Part shown: positions 61,891 to 64,000 of the stretch, piece by piece | How positions within the stretch are numbered: position 1 is the stretch's first letter | Layout: each line of letters begins with the position of its first letter | NCBI GenBank assembly: GCA_903813345.2 | Contig: CAIIXF020000001.1 | Span: 45,818,001-45,882,000 of the forward strand | Source of the DNA: Owenia fusiformis | Taxonomy: Eukaryota | DNA: 64,000 nucleotides | Reading direction: 5' to 3' | The notes under the pieces: model-generated | Told to the model about the DNA's origin: nothing | Seen by the model: only the letters and a program-made list of their open reading frames with translations | The model's database searches: none | Program-made: the position numbers and the translations under genes

Positions 61891-62597
61891 ATGAACACAT
61901 AATGTAAAAATCCTTAAGTCTTCCTAGGATATAGCTGAGGTAAAGTGAGTCTCAGAAAAAGACAAGGAATGATATGAACCTCTCAAATTCTGGATCTGAT
62001 TCTGTCCTTAGATTCTCCTGAATCTAATCAGCCCAATGTATATCCATAGCCATATCTTAATATTTATATTTTGTCCCTCGGCTGCGAGTTCATCTCACTC
62101 CTTCTGTTTTCAATTTTCTCTGAGTATATTTACCCATTATGGAGTAGATATATGATCAATGATCCCGGTGATATGAAACCACTCAAGGCAAAACAAGTGA
62201 ACAACAGAGCATAGACAGACAGAAGAGAAGAGATGCATACAACAGCAATGGTATCTTTTACAATTGTATTGATCTGAGCACCAAGGCCTCAACTGCAGAT
62301 ATTTCATTAATATTTGCTCTATTTGTTGACACAGCAATCTTCTTTTAGGCTCAATGAGGAATGACTTTTAGGAGCAAAATAATATTTCAGATTTTTATTA
62401 GGATTATGCATAGTCCTGAATGTTGATCAGATATCAAAGAAATTAGGATATGTATCTACAATTAATTTGAGTATGTTGTTTAAATTGCTTACAATAATCT
62501 TTTTAATATTTTAAGAGAATATAAAAATCAATAAGTGATTAGCATATACACTTTCTAATGGTGACACAAAACAAGTTTATTTAACCCCTTAAATCTG

Positions 62598-62805
62598 CAT
62601 ATCCATGTGTCAACATGTCCATGTGTCAATATGGTTACATTTCAACATATCCATGTGTCAACATATCAATGTATCAATGTGTCAACATATAAATGTGTCA
62701 ACATTTCAACATATCATTGTAACAACATGTCCATGTGTCAACATGTTAACATGTCCATGTGTCAACATGTTTACATGTCCATGTGTCAACATGTCCATGT
62801 GTCAA
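62598..62805. repeat. ~16-bp degenerate minisatellite, CATGTCCATGTGTCAA
   Basis: Visible tandem units; explains ORFs 62605 and 62607. Confidence 0.9.
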
Positions 62806-64000
62806 ATCAACAAATGCAGTAATCTCAATAGGTGGCCAGTGGAATCTATGCATTAGTTTCATTCTTCATAAGTCTAAGAGCAATTAATTCCCTTTATTAA
62901 TCACTCAGCAAAAGCTTGTTGATAGGGTATGAAGTTTATTACACATTATCAAGATATCCTACTCCAAAGTATGACTGATATTACTCAAAATAATCTGCTA
63001 AACTCAATTATTTTCCAAGGAACTATCATAAAGCATATCCCACTGATGACAATAAAGTGATCTGGACCATTATAGAAAGCACCACTTCAATGGATCAATG
63101 ACCTTAAATACCAAAAGTATCAATGACAACATTATTCTATATAGTGTTTCACTTTGAATTGGACGACCCTGTCGTTCAAATAAGTGCATCCTTCAAAAAC
63201 AACTCAAGTTTCCCAATAATAGAAAATAAAAGCAAACCTTTACATACTCAAAATCTTACATAAGCCTTTGATCGATAGAAATATGACACATGGGCTAAGC
63301 GTCATCCCTTGAATATTTCCTAAATGGGTACAAACTCATTTTTATCATTTGCCAATATGCAATAATTGTTCGTTATCTGCAATAATTTTATTGGTAATAT
63401 GTTACGCTTATCATTTATAAATATAATTATTTGAATAGAACTCCAGAACATTTGTTTGAGAGAATATTTATAACTCTGACAGAAATAAGAGGACTTTCTG
63501 ATCAATTTATTAATGTCCTGGATTATACATGTACGATATTCATTATTCATGTTTCATTTTTATCGTAATGCCTTTCTTTTTGAAAATGTTATTAAATATT
63601 TGTGTAATGTACAATATTACTATTCAACAAGCACATTCTGACATCCTGATGGATACTCATCAACACAGTAAATGTATATGCTCTGTTCAGAGCCTTGTTA
63701 AAGTAGCAGACTGGGCTTCAGGATATCTCAATAAGGAGAGAAACTTGCTATGAGGATCATGAGTCTAAGACGTGAAAGGGTAATTGACTGATCATGCTAA
63801 ATCTTCATTAAGTTTTATAAGATTGTAAATGTTCATGTTAAGAGGCTATTATCATGCAATTCCTCTACAATATAAGTTATATATTACTTCAGAATTTATA
63901 TATATATATGTATCTATATTCAGAGAGTCTTCAAAAAGTAACACTCTAATATTTATCTCCTGCAGTTTACAATATAGATGGTAAAAATGAATCAAGAGCT

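Noticed and set aside
62605..62856. Cys-rich ORFs
   Set aside because: Translation of the 16-bp minisatellite.
7411..63050. Scattered CTGATGA motifs as hammerhead ribozyme cores (e.g. 7411, 15146, 35387, 53616, minus 50106)
   Set aside because: Could not build the three stems with a correctly placed GAAA and cleavage triplet by eye; an Infernal search would be decisive.

Overview
AT-rich animal genomic DNA, most likely a marine invertebrate judging by the transposon repertoire; the species cannot be determined. Positions ~9.8-28.4 kb carry the 3' half of an MPDZ/MUPP1 (PATJ-related) multi-PDZ scaffold gene on the + strand. I reconstructed 14 phase-consistent GT-AG exons (1901 nt) encoding PDZ domains equivalent to human MPDZ PDZ8, 10, 11, 12 and 13, with no PDZ9 equivalent found. 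Its introns hold minisatellites, palindromic and fold-back elements, and a 1-kb deleted Tc1/mariner (maT-like) transposon. Positions ~33.8-40.8 kb are a nested transposon stack: two CR1-type LINE relics, one split by a 3.0-kb element with CAC...GTG termini and an exact 5-bp TSD (Transib/ProtoRAG-type signature), which itself contains a 9-bp-TSD fold-back element carrying a tRNA-derived segment. After a 500-N gap, 43-64 kb contains exon-like islands on both strands that I cannot assign to a known gene, a 20x41-bp array that may duplicate a splice donor, Crypton/Kolobok/hAT-like MITEs and a complete Helentron-type (HINE) element with a ~162-bp internal satellite. No rRNA, intact tRNA or CRISPR array was seen.
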